This document shows positions 37,673-46,460 of a stretch of 62,293 nucleotides of DNA, piece after piece. The notes beneath the pieces are model-generated. The model searched no databases, was not told the DNA's origin, and saw only the letters and a program-made list of their open reading frames with translations. Numbering within the stretch: the stretch's first letter is position 1; each line of letters opens with the position of its first letter. Where the stretch lies: the NCBI GenBank assembly GCA_043759945.1, contig JAYUPS010000333.1, positions 1 to 62,293 of the forward strand, in the 5' to 3' direction. Both the position numbers and the translations under genes were made by a program. This DNA is from Bdellovibrio sp. (GTDB lineage Bacteria > Bdellovibrionota > Bdellovibrionia > Bdellovibrionales > Bdellovibrionaceae).

Positions 37673-38958
37673 AATTCTCCGTTAACCGCAGACTTGGTGA
37701 CGTCAAACAAAGTCAGCTGTTGCGCTTTGGGTTTCAACCGATTTTCCAAGGTGTCCGAATCAATCAATAGCAAATCCGCGTTGTGATCCGCAGTTTTTAT
37801 AAAAAATCGAGCGCGGTTCCACGCAATACGAAACTTTTTTAAGTCCTCGACGCGAAGCTTTCGATATTTCCGAACCAGGAGCATGCGGTCGACATTTCTT
37901 ACCCCAAATCCAGGCACCCTTAAAAGTTCTTCCCGTGAGCCGGTATTCACATCAACCGGAAAAAAACTGCGGTGCCCGATGGCCCATGCCGTCTTGGGAT
38001 CCAGCTCAAGAGATAAATTTTTATTTTTCTCGTCCGTCAGTTCCCCCGCCTTAAAATCATAGAACCGAATGAGCCAATCCGCTTGGTACAAACGATTTTC
38101 ACGAATCAGCGAAGGTTTCTCGACCGGAAGCAAAGCATCCGCATGGGGAATCGGACTGTAAGCCGAGTAATAGACGCGCTTTAATTTAAAGTCGTCGTAC
38201 AATTTTGACGAAGTCTCCAAAATACTTGCGTCCGTGCTTTCGGTAGCGCCCACGATCATTTGCGTGGTTTGACCGGCCGGCGCAAACTTCAAAACATTTT
38301 TAAATTTCTTTTGGTCTTCTTTGGTTTCGATAAGCTTTTCTTTGATCTGGCTCATTGTTGCTTCGGCGGCATCAATTGTTTTTGCCGGTGCCAAGCGATC
38401 CAGATCGGATTGCAGGGGCATTTCGATATTGGCGGAAATTCGATCAGCCCAGATCCCCGCTCGCTCGGTCAGCTCCTGGGATGAGCCGGCCACGACCTTG
38501 AGATGGATGTAACCGTTGAAGCGATGATCCTGGCGCAGGGATCTGGCCACTTCGATAAGCAGTTCCATGGTGCTGTCGGGGCTGTCGATAATCCCTGAGC
38601 TTAAAAATAATCCTTCGATATAATTTCGACGATAAAACTCAAGGGTCAGCCAAACGACTTCGGCCGGCGTAAATTTAGCTCGCTTGGTGTCACTCGAAAC
38701 GCGATTGATACAAAATTTGCAGTCATAAATGCAGTAATTGGTAAGCAGAATTTTTAAAAGCGAAACGCATCGGCCATCGGGTGTATAGCTGTGGCAAATT
38801 CCCATTCCTTCCACGTTGCCCATTCCGTTGGGATCACGGGTGCGCTTTGCGCCGCTGCTCGAACATGAGGCATCATATTTTGCGGCATCCGCTAAGATTT
38901 TCAATTTGGCTTGAACGGCGACGGCAGAGATGGTCGGCAGGCGTGCATTTTCATTCAT
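37669..38958 (-). CDS. putative DNA modification/repair radical SAM protein with C-terminal helix-hairpin-helix
   Basis: 429 aa. The CxxxCxxC cluster motif is CIYDCKFC. The HhH-like segment is ELLRVPGFGVRNVDRML. Confidence 0.8.
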   Translation of the reverse strand: MNENARLPTISAVAVQAKLKILADAAKYDASCSSSGAKRTRDPNGMGNVEGMGICHSYTPDGRCVSLLKILLTNYCIYDCKFCINRVSSDTKRAKFTPAEVVWLTLEFYRRNYIEGLFLSSGIIDSPDSTMELLIEVARSLRQDHRFNGYIHLKVVAGSSQELTERAGIWADRISANIEMPLQSDLDRLAPAKTIDAAEATMSQIKEKLIETKEDQKKFKNVLKFAPAGQTTQMIVGATESTDASILETSSKLYDDFKLKRVYYSAYSPIPHADALLPVEKPSLIRENRLYQADWLIRFYDFKAGELTDEKNKNLSLELDPKTAWAIGHRSFFPVDVNTGSREELLRVPGFGVRNVDRMLLVRKYRKLRVEDLKKFRIAWNRARFFIKTADHNADLLLIDSDTLENRLKPKAQQLTLFDVTKSAVNGEL

Positions 38959-38961
38959 AAC

Positions 38962-38978
38962 TTACATATAATTTACAT
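38962..38978 (-). promoter_or_regulatory. direct-repeat box TTACAT-ATAAT-TTACAT, 3 nt from the radical SAM start codon
   Basis: The plus strand reads TTACATATAATTTACAT. It is 16/17 identical to the box at 53415-53431. There is no SD between the box and the ATG at 38958. Confidence 0.5.
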
Positions 38979-39005
38979 GCGCCGAGAAGTCTACCAATGA
39001 CGCTC

Positions 39006-39587
39006 TTAAATGATTTGAAATTGAATGGGTTTGCAATGACCGCCGTTGGTTCCCTCGTCCGAACAGGCGGTTAGACCTAAGACCAGGTCACGGCAGGCTT
39101 GGAGCACAACGTAGTCGCCCGCTTTCGAAGTCGGAGGCCGTATCTCGATCTTTCCGGACTGCTGAACCAAAACATTCATAAAAATATTGAAAGTCGCAGT
39201 GACCTGCCATTCCCCGATTCCAAATGGCTTAAGATTCTGGATTAAGTTTTCAGCACAGCTTGGATGATAGTCCTGACTTGGATTCATCATCTGAAACATC
39301 TGCCGGCTACAAGGGGTAACCAAAATATCGTGTTGCTCGCAGGTGTCTTCAACGATTTCCATAAGGTCGTTTCCGGAATGACCAAAAAGCTTGTGGCCTT
39401 GTCGCAGGTAAATGGTTTCATTGTAGTCAATAGTCCGCCCCGCAGAAAGTGAATCATTTAAATTTTGGGCGTCCGCACAAAACAGATCCGAGACCTGACG
39501 ACCCTCCACATCGATGACTTTCAACTTCTGACCTTGCTCGAGCCGAAAAGCTATTCCTTGCTGTGACTTAATCGTTTGAATACTCAT
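39006..39587 (-). CDS. DUF1989 (urea carboxylase-associated / carboxyguanidine deiminase-like) family protein
   Basis: The start at MSIQTIK (39587) overlaps the upstream stop (ATGA). Motifs are GQKLKVIDVEGRQVSDLF, EDTCEQHDILVTPC, NIFMNV and AGDYVVLQACRDLVLGLTAC. Confidence 0.7.
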   Translation of the reverse strand: MSIQTIKSQQGIAFRLEQGQKLKVIDVEGRQVSDLFCADAQNLNDSLSAGRTIDYNETIYLRQGHKLFGHSGNDLMEIVEDTCEQHDILVTPCSRQMFQMMNPSQDYHPSCAENLIQNLKPFGIGEWQVTATFNIFMNVLVQQSGKIEIRPPTSKAGDYVVLQACRDLVLGLTACSDEGTNGGHCKPIQFQII

Positions 39588-40237
39588 CTGAATTGAAAGG
39601 GACATTTCCAATGGTCCGGATTTACCTGACCAGAAAACTGAATTGCTTCCCGGGCATCATGGTGGCGTTCGACCATTGGATTGACACATCCCTGAAATTT
39701 AAAATCTCTTTCCCGGTTTGTTTCAATCATCGGGTGATACAAACCTTGGGAATCGAGCTGGCGAAATTGTTCGTACACATTAAAAATCAAAGCCGGCCAC
39801 GGGAACCGACGTGCTTTGCGAGAACTTTCGGGGTGCAATCCGACGACAAAAAAAGCCATGCCCTCGAGCGAAAAGCAAAAATTATGGTCCTCGGGATTGT
39901 TGCTAAAATCAGGATCTTTGTCGAACGTTTTGGTTTTTAGGCTAGTCAACGAAGAAAGTTCGCTCCAAAGTCGCGATTCAAACTGCGCTTCGTTCATTTC
40001 CCCTGAATTTTTAAACACTGCCCAGAAAGTAAAGTAAGGCGATTTGGTCTTCTGGTAGATAACTTTATAGGCCAATAGATCTTCCCGCAATTCGGGTCGT
40101 TGATACTTCTTCCCAAATTCATCATAAATTTTTAGCTGATAATCCTTTTTGTTAAAAGACCTTAGCGCCGCCACACAAGGATAATTCTTTTGCGAAAATA
40201 TTAAGTTGATCGCCGATTCGACTTGGTCATCCGCCAT
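39584..40237 (-). CDS. YqcI/YcgG family protein (family of the heme-dependent N-hydroxylase GntA)
   Basis: 217 aa. Motifs are NYPCVAALRSF, YFTFWAVF and MAFFVVGLHPESSRKARRFPWPALIFN. Confidence 0.7.
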   Translation of the reverse strand: MADDQVESAINLIFSQKNYPCVAALRSFNKKDYQLKIYDEFGKKYQRPELREDLLAYKVIYQKTKSPYFTFWAVFKNSGEMNEAQFESRLWSELSSLTSLKTKTFDKDPDFSNNPEDHNFCFSLEGMAFFVVGLHPESSRKARRFPWPALIFNVYEQFRQLDSQGLYHPMIETNRERDFKFQGCVNPMVERHHDAREAIQFSGQVNPDHWKCPFQFR

Positions 40238-41306
40238 TGTCTGTCTCCGGTCGACTCTCGAGATTCTTTAAGTCGATTCCGTTTCCAAAACCGGGCTTCA
40301 CATCACCCTTGCGATTTTTAACCGCGGACCAAAATGCGGTGGAGCCGTCGACATTGAATTTTCCGCCTCGACGCTCAAACGGGACATGCGCGGAGACCGA
40401 TTTATTGTCGTTGTTCTTCAAGAACCAATTCGCGAAGGCACTCGCAATTTCTAATCCGAAATGTTTTAACGAAACTAAATTCTGCTGGGGCGCTATGACA
40501 TCAAAGTCTTTTAAATAGAGATTGGCGTACCCGACAACCTCGCCCTTTGACATCGCGGCTTCGCCAAAAACACTGACGCTGCCTTTGGTGATATCGAGCG
40601 GCAAATAGTGAAGCAGAAGCGCATTCATTGTCTGGGGTTGAAAATTTTCGATTTCAACGTTTATATCGCCGCGCAAACTTTTCGCCATGGCATCCGCGCG
40701 CCCGTTAACCTTCAAATCGGCGTGCTCTTGAACCCGAGCTTTCAGAAAAAAAGGACTTAGGTCCTTTGAGCCGCGTCGCACATGGCTTCGTAGGTTCTCG
40801 ACTTTGAAATCAATTTTTTCTATCTTCACCGGTATATTTTTTCCTAAATCCGAGTTTGAAAATTGAATCGAAGAGTTTTTAATCTGTAAACTTTCGATGG
40901 AAACTGGAATTAAAACCTGAAGCACATCACGCCAATTTTTTTCGTCATTGCCCAATTGCTTTTTTTCTCCGTCCTGACTGTCGGAGAGTTTCACAACGGC
41001 ATTATCAATAATGATATCCGCCAGTATTTTCCCGCGAAATAATTCGCGCCACGCCACCGATAAATCCGCCTCGCTCACGCTAATTATTGGATCCAGTTTG
41101 GAATTTTTCTTTTGTAGAACCAACCCCTGCAGTTGGTAGGCTCCGCGATACAAGCTTAAGTCAAAATCTTGCAGAGAACCGGTGTAAGCTTCCATTTTGG
41201 TAGAAAGCGCCCAGTTGATGGTTTTCTTCCCGATCATTGGCAAAGCCGCGCGCACGCCGACTAACAAAACCAACAGGACCAGGACAATAGCTATTTTCCT
41301 TTTCAT
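40227..41306 (-). CDS. membrane-anchored DUF748-like protein
   Basis: The N-terminal TM is IAIVLVLLVLLVGV. The YTGSLQDFDLSLYRGAYQLQGLVL pattern is followed by repetitive beta-rich sequence. Confidence 0.5.
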   Translation of the reverse strand: MKRKIAIVLVLLVLLVGVRAALPMIGKKTINWALSTKMEAYTGSLQDFDLSLYRGAYQLQGLVLQKKNSKLDPIISVSEADLSVAWRELFRGKILADIIIDNAVVKLSDSQDGEKKQLGNDEKNWRDVLQVLIPVSIESLQIKNSSIQFSNSDLGKNIPVKIEKIDFKVENLRSHVRRGSKDLSPFFLKARVQEHADLKVNGRADAMAKSLRGDINVEIENFQPQTMNALLLHYLPLDITKGSVSVFGEAAMSKGEVVGYANLYLKDFDVIAPQQNLVSLKHFGLEIASAFANWFLKNNDNKSVSAHVPFERRGGKFNVDGSTAFWSAVKNRKGDVKPGFGNGIDLKNLESRPETDNGG

Positions 41307-42175
41307 GTCATTGCCACTTCTGCACCAACTCGTCGGTAGGACTTAAACTTGGTGGTCGGGGATAAAAGCGCCGAGAACTCGGCACCCAAAAAGACGATAA
41401 CCGAAGAATAGTAAATCCAGACTAAGAAAACCACAAACGAACCGGCAGCTCCGTAAGCCGAACCAACGGCTGCTTGCCCCAGGTAAACACCAATCAGAAT
41501 TTTTCCCAGGACAAAAAGCACAGCGGTGATCGCACCCCCTTGAAGGGTCGCGCGCCAAGATACCTTGCGATCTGGCATCCATCGAAAGACCAAGGCGAAC
41601 ACTCCCGAATAAACTCCAAAAGACAGGATATGATGCACAATCGCGATCGAGCCCTTAAATTCTGAAGTCACCACGAGAGATAAGAAGGTAGATCCCGCCA
41701 GCGAAACTACCGAAATGGCGACAAAGGTCACCATGACTCCAATACAAACCAAACGACGAATCACGTATTCGCCAATGGCATTCCACCATTTCGCACTGAC
41801 GGGCGCAGGCTCTGCGGATTCAAAAATCACATTCAGCGAAGATTGCAGCTGAGAAAAAATAATGCTTCCAGAAAAAAGCACGACTGCCAGACTCCAGGCA
41901 TCAGCTTTTGCGATAAGCGATTTGCTGCCTGTGGAGCTTAGAATAATGGTTTCCAAAACGCTGGCCGCTTCGGTTCCCATCATATTCTGGACCTGAATAA
42001 GCAACTCTTGCTGCAAACCCAGGTTCAAGGATCCCAGAAAGGAAAGTAGAAGAATCATAACGGGTGACAAAGCCAATGCCGTGTAAAAAGCCAATGCCGC
42101 AGCCATGGTCAGTAAATCGTGTTTAATAATTCGGTCTTTCAGTGAATTGAAATCAATCAAACTAAATAAAATCAT
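41303..42175 (-). CDS. YihY/BrkB family inner membrane protein
   Basis: Motifs are AAALAFYTALALSPVMILL and YGAAGSFVVFLVWIYYSSVIVFLGAEF. Confidence 0.8.
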   Translation of the reverse strand: MILFSLIDFNSLKDRIIKHDLLTMAAALAFYTALALSPVMILLLSFLGSLNLGLQQELLIQVQNMMGTEAASVLETIILSSTGSKSLIAKADAWSLAVVLFSGSIIFSQLQSSLNVIFESAEPAPVSAKWWNAIGEYVIRRLVCIGVMVTFVAISVVSLAGSTFLSLVVTSEFKGSIAIVHHILSFGVYSGVFALVFRWMPDRKVSWRATLQGGAITAVLFVLGKILIGVYLGQAAVGSAYGAAGSFVVFLVWIYYSSVIVFLGAEFSALLSPTTKFKSYRRVGAEVAMT

Positions 42176-42186
42176 CTGAATGTTAC

Positions 42187-43308
42187 CTAGAGTTCTTTCG
42201 CGTGCACGGGTTCTGGGGCGCGGCTCAATGCCGGGCGCTCAATTCTTTGGGACATGCTGGGCCATTTTACTTTTTGGGGAGCTTCTTCCGCACTTAAAGT
42301 CACCGAACAACGCCCTTTGAGTGATCGATTAACGGCCTCGATGACCCGAACATCGGCAAGACCCTCAAGCCCCGACGGCTCGGGCTTTATGTTATTGAGT
42401 ATACAATTTGAAAAGTAGATCAGCTCCGAGGCAAACTGATCTTTCTTTTGGAATTTTTTCTTCTTTACGACTTTGTCGCGGGTGATTTCAAGTTCCATCG
42501 GATGAGCATAGTCATAGCCACTTTCGATGTGGATACGTCCCGTAGTCCCAATTAAATCATAACTGGAAGCCTCTGCCGCGCCAAAGCTCACCGTAAAAGT
42601 CGCCAATTGACCCTTTGGAAATCGCATGATGACGCTAACCATCTCATCGACTTCAGTAAACCGTGAATCCCCGGTGCTCGAGGGTATTGCAAAGACCTCG
42701 ATCGGTTCTTGGTGAAAAATATTTCGGGCCGCATTGATGCAGTAAATTCCGATGTCGTACAACGGACCGCCCCCCATTTCGGCCTGCAAACGAATATTTT
42801 TTCGATCTTGCAATTGCATCGTAAAAACGGAACTAAAAACTTTCAATTCACCCAAGCGTTTTGAACGAGCGATTTCGATGGCTTGCAGGTTTGCAGTTTC
42901 AAAATGCAGTCGGTAAGCAATCATCAACTTAATGCCATGAGCGTCCGCCGAATCAATCATGGATTGGCAGCTAATTTCGTCCAATTCCATGGGCTTCTCG
43001 CAAAGCACATGTATTCCGTGATGCGCGGCAAGTTGAACAATGTCCTTGTGTTTGTTGTTTGGGGTTGCGACGTAAAGTGCATCGATATCGCCACTAGCTA
43101 AACATTCTTCAAGTCCGTCACGACTATAAAGGTTTGATACCCCATAGGTTTTTCCAAGCTTAGCGAGTTTAACCGGATCACCCGATATGAGTGCGCACAA
43201 AACTGAGTTTTCTTTAGCATGTACAAATGCCGGCATCATCGCCGTTTGAGCAATATGACCCAGACCCACAATTCCGTAGCGAATTTTTCTAGGTTGATGA
43301 ACTCTCAT
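42187..43308 (-). CDS. Gfo/Idh/MocA family oxidoreductase
   Basis: ATG at 43308 follows GGAGG. Motifs are IRYGIVGLGHIAQ (Rossmann) and VLCEKPM. Confidence 0.8.
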   Translation of the reverse strand: MRVHQPRKIRYGIVGLGHIAQTAMMPAFVHAKENSVLCALISGDPVKLAKLGKTYGVSNLYSRDGLEECLASGDIDALYVATPNNKHKDIVQLAAHHGIHVLCEKPMELDEISCQSMIDSADAHGIKLMIAYRLHFETANLQAIEIARSKRLGELKVFSSVFTMQLQDRKNIRLQAEMGGGPLYDIGIYCINAARNIFHQEPIEVFAIPSSTGDSRFTEVDEMVSVIMRFPKGQLATFTVSFGAAEASSYDLIGTTGRIHIESGYDYAHPMELEITRDKVVKKKKFQKKDQFASELIYFSNCILNNIKPEPSGLEGLADVRVIEAVNRSLKGRCSVTLSAEEAPQKVKWPSMSQRIERPALSRAPEPVHAKEL

Positions 43309-43445
43309 TAAAGCCTCCGGGAAAATCGAATCTAAAACTGCAGTTTGAGAGAGCATGGGGCGTGCCGCAGGCTCTTCACCAGAAGGATTGGTTTCAAGGC
43401 TATTGTGGGGAGAATTTGTCTAAGAATTTGGGAAATAAGCCCCAA

Positions 43446-44717
43446 TTAGTTTGCAGAGCTGGGTGTTAAAACGAAATAAAGAGCCAATGAACCTAAAACT
43501 GCAGCACAGATCACATAAGTCTCTTTGGAAAACTGCGAAATGAAAAGGACCGAAAGCAGGGCTCCGAATACAGGTAAAATCGGAACTCGGCGAAAACTAA
43601 AGGGAGTTTTAAAGGGACGTTTTTTATTCGGATTAGAAAATCGAAGAGAAATCAGCGCAATATTAACAGCAAAAAAACTGATTATCGTTGCCAAAGAAGA
43701 CACCGCCGCAACGGATTCAATTCTACCCAATGGAAGTAATAACCAAGAGGCTCCTCCGCAAAACAAAATCGCAACCCAAGGCGACTGACGAGATTTTGAA
43801 ACCTTAGAAAGATATTTCGGAATAGCCTTAGCTTTTCCCATTCCGTAGAGCACTCGACTTGATCCAATCATCGCAATAAGTGCGGTGTTGGCCGTCGAAA
43901 ACAAAGCAATGGCTCCCAGGATTTGAGCGATTTTTTCAGATTTCGTTCTGGCCGCAACTGCCAGTACAGCATCTGATTCTGCCAGTGCCTGGGGTGTCAA
44001 AAGCGCCAATGCGGCAACACTTACTAAAATATAAAGCAGAGTTGAAACGCCGATGCTGATAAGAATTGCGCGCGGCAAATCTTTTTCAGGATCTTTGGCT
44101 TCTTCGGCTAGATTGACAATATTTTCGAAACCAAAATACGAAAATACAATCAACGCCGTTCCCGACAAAGTTCCCCAATGGATTTGCATTGATAAATTAG
44201 TCCCAAATTTATCGGTCGTCCAAGCAAGACCAATGAACAGCAAAAGTCCACCAATCTCGATTAACGTAAATAAAATGTTGGTCCATCCAGACTCTTTAAC
44301 TCCAACTAAATTTACAAAGGTTGCCAAGAAAAGTACGGCTCCAGCAATTAGCATTGTCGGCATTTCGATAAATTCATTTAAATAGCCACTGAAAGCGAGT
44401 GCGACCGTGCAAGCCGTTGCAATTCCTGAAAACACCATGGCCATGCCGATAGTTTTTGCCAGCCATCCCTGCTTTTCAAAAGCATGGCTTAGATACACAA
44501 ATTCGCCGCCCGCTTTTGGATACATTGTGGACAGTTCGGCGTAAGACAGGCCCGTAATTAATGCCATAATTGCCGCAAAAATAAATCCAATCCACAAACT
44601 GTATCCTGTCTCGCCGGCCGCTTTTCCAATCACAGAATAAATCCCTGCGCCTAAAATCATGCCGGTTCCATAAAATGTCAGAAAACCCAATCCTAATGAT
44701 TTCTTAAGTTCTGCCAT
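43446..44717 (-). CDS. APC superfamily amino acid permease
   Basis: 423 aa with about 12 TM helices. The N-terminus is LTFYGTGMILGAGIYSVIGKAAG. Confidence 0.8.
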   Translation of the reverse strand: MAELKKSLGLGFLTFYGTGMILGAGIYSVIGKAAGETGYSLWIGFIFAAIMALITGLSYAELSTMYPKAGGEFVYLSHAFEKQGWLAKTIGMAMVFSGIATACTVALAFSGYLNEFIEMPTMLIAGAVLFLATFVNLVGVKESGWTNILFTLIEIGGLLLFIGLAWTTDKFGTNLSMQIHWGTLSGTALIVFSYFGFENIVNLAEEAKDPEKDLPRAILISIGVSTLLYILVSVAALALLTPQALAESDAVLAVAARTKSEKIAQILGAIALFSTANTALIAMIGSSRVLYGMGKAKAIPKYLSKVSKSRQSPWVAILFCGGASWLLLPLGRIESVAAVSSLATIISFFAVNIALISLRFSNPNKKRPFKTPFSFRRVPILPVFGALLSVLFISQFSKETYVICAAVLGSLALYFVLTPSSAN

Positions 44718-44949
44718 TTTAGCTCCGCTCCGCTTCTTGAAGATTCAAAAATTCCCTCTTCATAAAACGAATCGGCCTTTTTTTCCACGTAACAAAACAA
44801 ATTTTTTGAACGAGCTCAAAACAACTGATGCCTGACCAAAAATTTTATGATGGCCAAGATCTTGCTTCGTATCTCTGTGTTCGTCGCACGAGCGAATAAA
44901 AATCCCTTTAACCAATGGATCTTCGGATCCTCAACCAAGGAGTAATCAG

Positions 44950-45153
44950 ATGGCACAACAACCGAACCAAAACCAACAAGGTGGTTCACAACAACCTTCA
45001 AGAGCTGGTGGTCAAGAACAAGACCAAAAACAAGCTCAACGTTCCGGCGGTTCTACAGATCAAAAATCTGCAGGATTTGACGCTAACAAAAAACAATCTG
45101 ACACAGGTCGTTCAGATCGTTCAACTCCATCTAAAGACATGGATGAAGAGTAG
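44950..45153 (+). CDS. small hydrophilic Gln/Gly/Ser/Asp-rich protein (stress-protein-like)
   Basis: 67 aa. A strong SD (AAGGAG) lies 7 nt upstream and a strong terminator follows directly. Confidence 0.6.
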   Translation: MAQQPNQNQQGGSQQPSRAGGQEQDQKQAQRSGGSTDQKSAGFDANKKQSDTGRSDRSTPSKDMDEE

Positions 45154-45162
45154 TCTTCAATC

Positions 45163-45193
45163 GAGGGGAGCTTTGCTCCCCTCTTCTTTTTTT
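45163..45193. terminator. rho-independent terminator (bidirectional position)
   Basis: GAGGGGAGC-ttt-GCTCCCCTC is a 9-bp GC-rich stem followed by TTCTTTTTTT. It lies between convergent genes ending at 45153 and 45192. Confidence 0.85.
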
Positions 45194-46460
45194 AAATAAA
45201 AGCGCCGACCACAGCAGCGGTCATCATCGAAGCCAAGGTCCCACCTAAGACGGCTTTTAATCCCAGCTTCGCCAAGTCGGACCGGCGATGGGGCGCCAGC
45301 GGTGAGATTCCACCAATTTGAATTGCGATCGAAGAGAAATTGGCAAACCCACTTAAAGCGTAACTCATTAAAATAAAAGTACGATCGCTCAATGTGGTCT
45401 TCATTTCGGCCAAATGAACATAGGCTACAAATTCGTTTAAAATTGTTTTTTCACCTAAAAGAGCTCCGGCCAAAGTCATTTCGCTCGCGGGCACTCCGAT
45501 AGCCCAAGCAAACGGGGCCAATATCCAGCCCAATATTAATTGCAAAGACAAATTGTCAAATCCGGCAAGTCCACCCAACCATCCGATGCCCGCATTTAAA
45601 AGTGCGATCAGCGCAATAAAAGCGATCAACATCGCTCCGACATTCAGAGCCAAACTCAGTCCCTCGCTAGCGCCGCTGGCCGCGGCATCAATAACATTGG
45701 CGTGCGGACTGCGGTCCATATCTTTGGGCAAAGATCCCAAAGTTTCAGGCTTCTCAGTTTCCGGGAGAATTATTTTCGTTAATAAAAGTGCCGCCGGCGC
45801 GCTGAGAATACTGGCGGTCAACAAGTGACCGCCGATGTCGGGAATTCGGTCTCGCAGCAAGCCGACATAGGCTGCTAGAACTCCTCCGGCCGTGTTGGCC
45901 ATCCCGCCAACCATCAGACACAAAAGCTCACTGCGGGTCATTTTGGCAATGTAGGGTTTAATCACCAGGGCGGCTTCCGTCTGCCCGACAAAAATATTTG
46001 CGGCGCAAGCCAGAGTTTCGGCACCCGAAGTCTTCAACGTTTTTTGCATGATGATCGCAAATCCGTAGGTGATTCGTTGCATGATACGCAGGTGGTAAAG
46101 AATCGACATCAAAGATCCGATAAAAATAATTGTCGGCAAAACCTGGAAGGCAAAAATAAAACCAAGTTTCTTAGATTCGGCCAATTCGCCAAAGATGAAG
46201 CGACTTCCCTCAACTGAAAAATCAATAACCCGATTGATCAAAGTGTTTGCGGCTTCAAAGATAAAACGTAAAGGACCAGGAACTTCCAGCGCCGGAATGC
46301 CAAGAACCAAAAGGCAAAAAAAGATTTGCAGGCCGACGCCCCAAGCAATCTGTCGCCACGGAAAAAGTCGGCGGTTTTCTGAAAAGACAAAAGCAATTCC
46401 AATCAAAACTAGCAGCCCAAAAAGAGCGTTTAAGATATTTAACATAGCCGTCGATATCAT
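45192..46460 (-). CDS. nupC: NupC/NupG-type concentrative nucleoside transporter
   Basis: The start at MISTAMLNIL (46460) overlaps the upstream stop (ATGA). The GIAFVFSENRR N-terminal signature and multiple TM helices support the call. Confidence 0.8.
   Translation of the reverse strand: MISTAMLNILNALFGLLVLIGIAFVFSENRRLFPWRQIAWGVGLQIFFCLLVLGIPALEVPGPLRFIFEAANTLINRVIDFSVEGSRFIFGELAESKKLGFIFAFQVLPTIIFIGSLMSILYHLRIMQRITYGFAIIMQKTLKTSGAETLACAANIFVGQTEAALVIKPYIAKMTRSELLCLMVGGMANTAGGVLAAYVGLLRDRIPDIGGHLLTASILSAPAALLLTKIILPETEKPETLGSLPKDMDRSPHANVIDAAASGASEGLSLALNVGAMLIAFIALIALLNAGIGWLGGLAGFDNLSLQLILGWILAPFAWAIGVPASEMTLAGALLGEKTILNEFVAYVHLAEMKTTLSDRTFILMSYALSGFANFSSIAIQIGGISPLAPHRRSDLAKLGLKAVLGGTLASMMTAAVVGAFI

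Noticed and set aside
38962-38978. Reading the TTACAT boxes as the palindromic LexA box I recall for Bdellovibrio (TTAC-N3-GTAA)
   Set aside because: The second half would be TAAT or TTAT rather than GTAA (1-2 mismatches in a 4-nt half-site). The obvious symmetry is direct, not inverted. I kept the direct-repeat interpretation instead and left the identity of the binding protein open.
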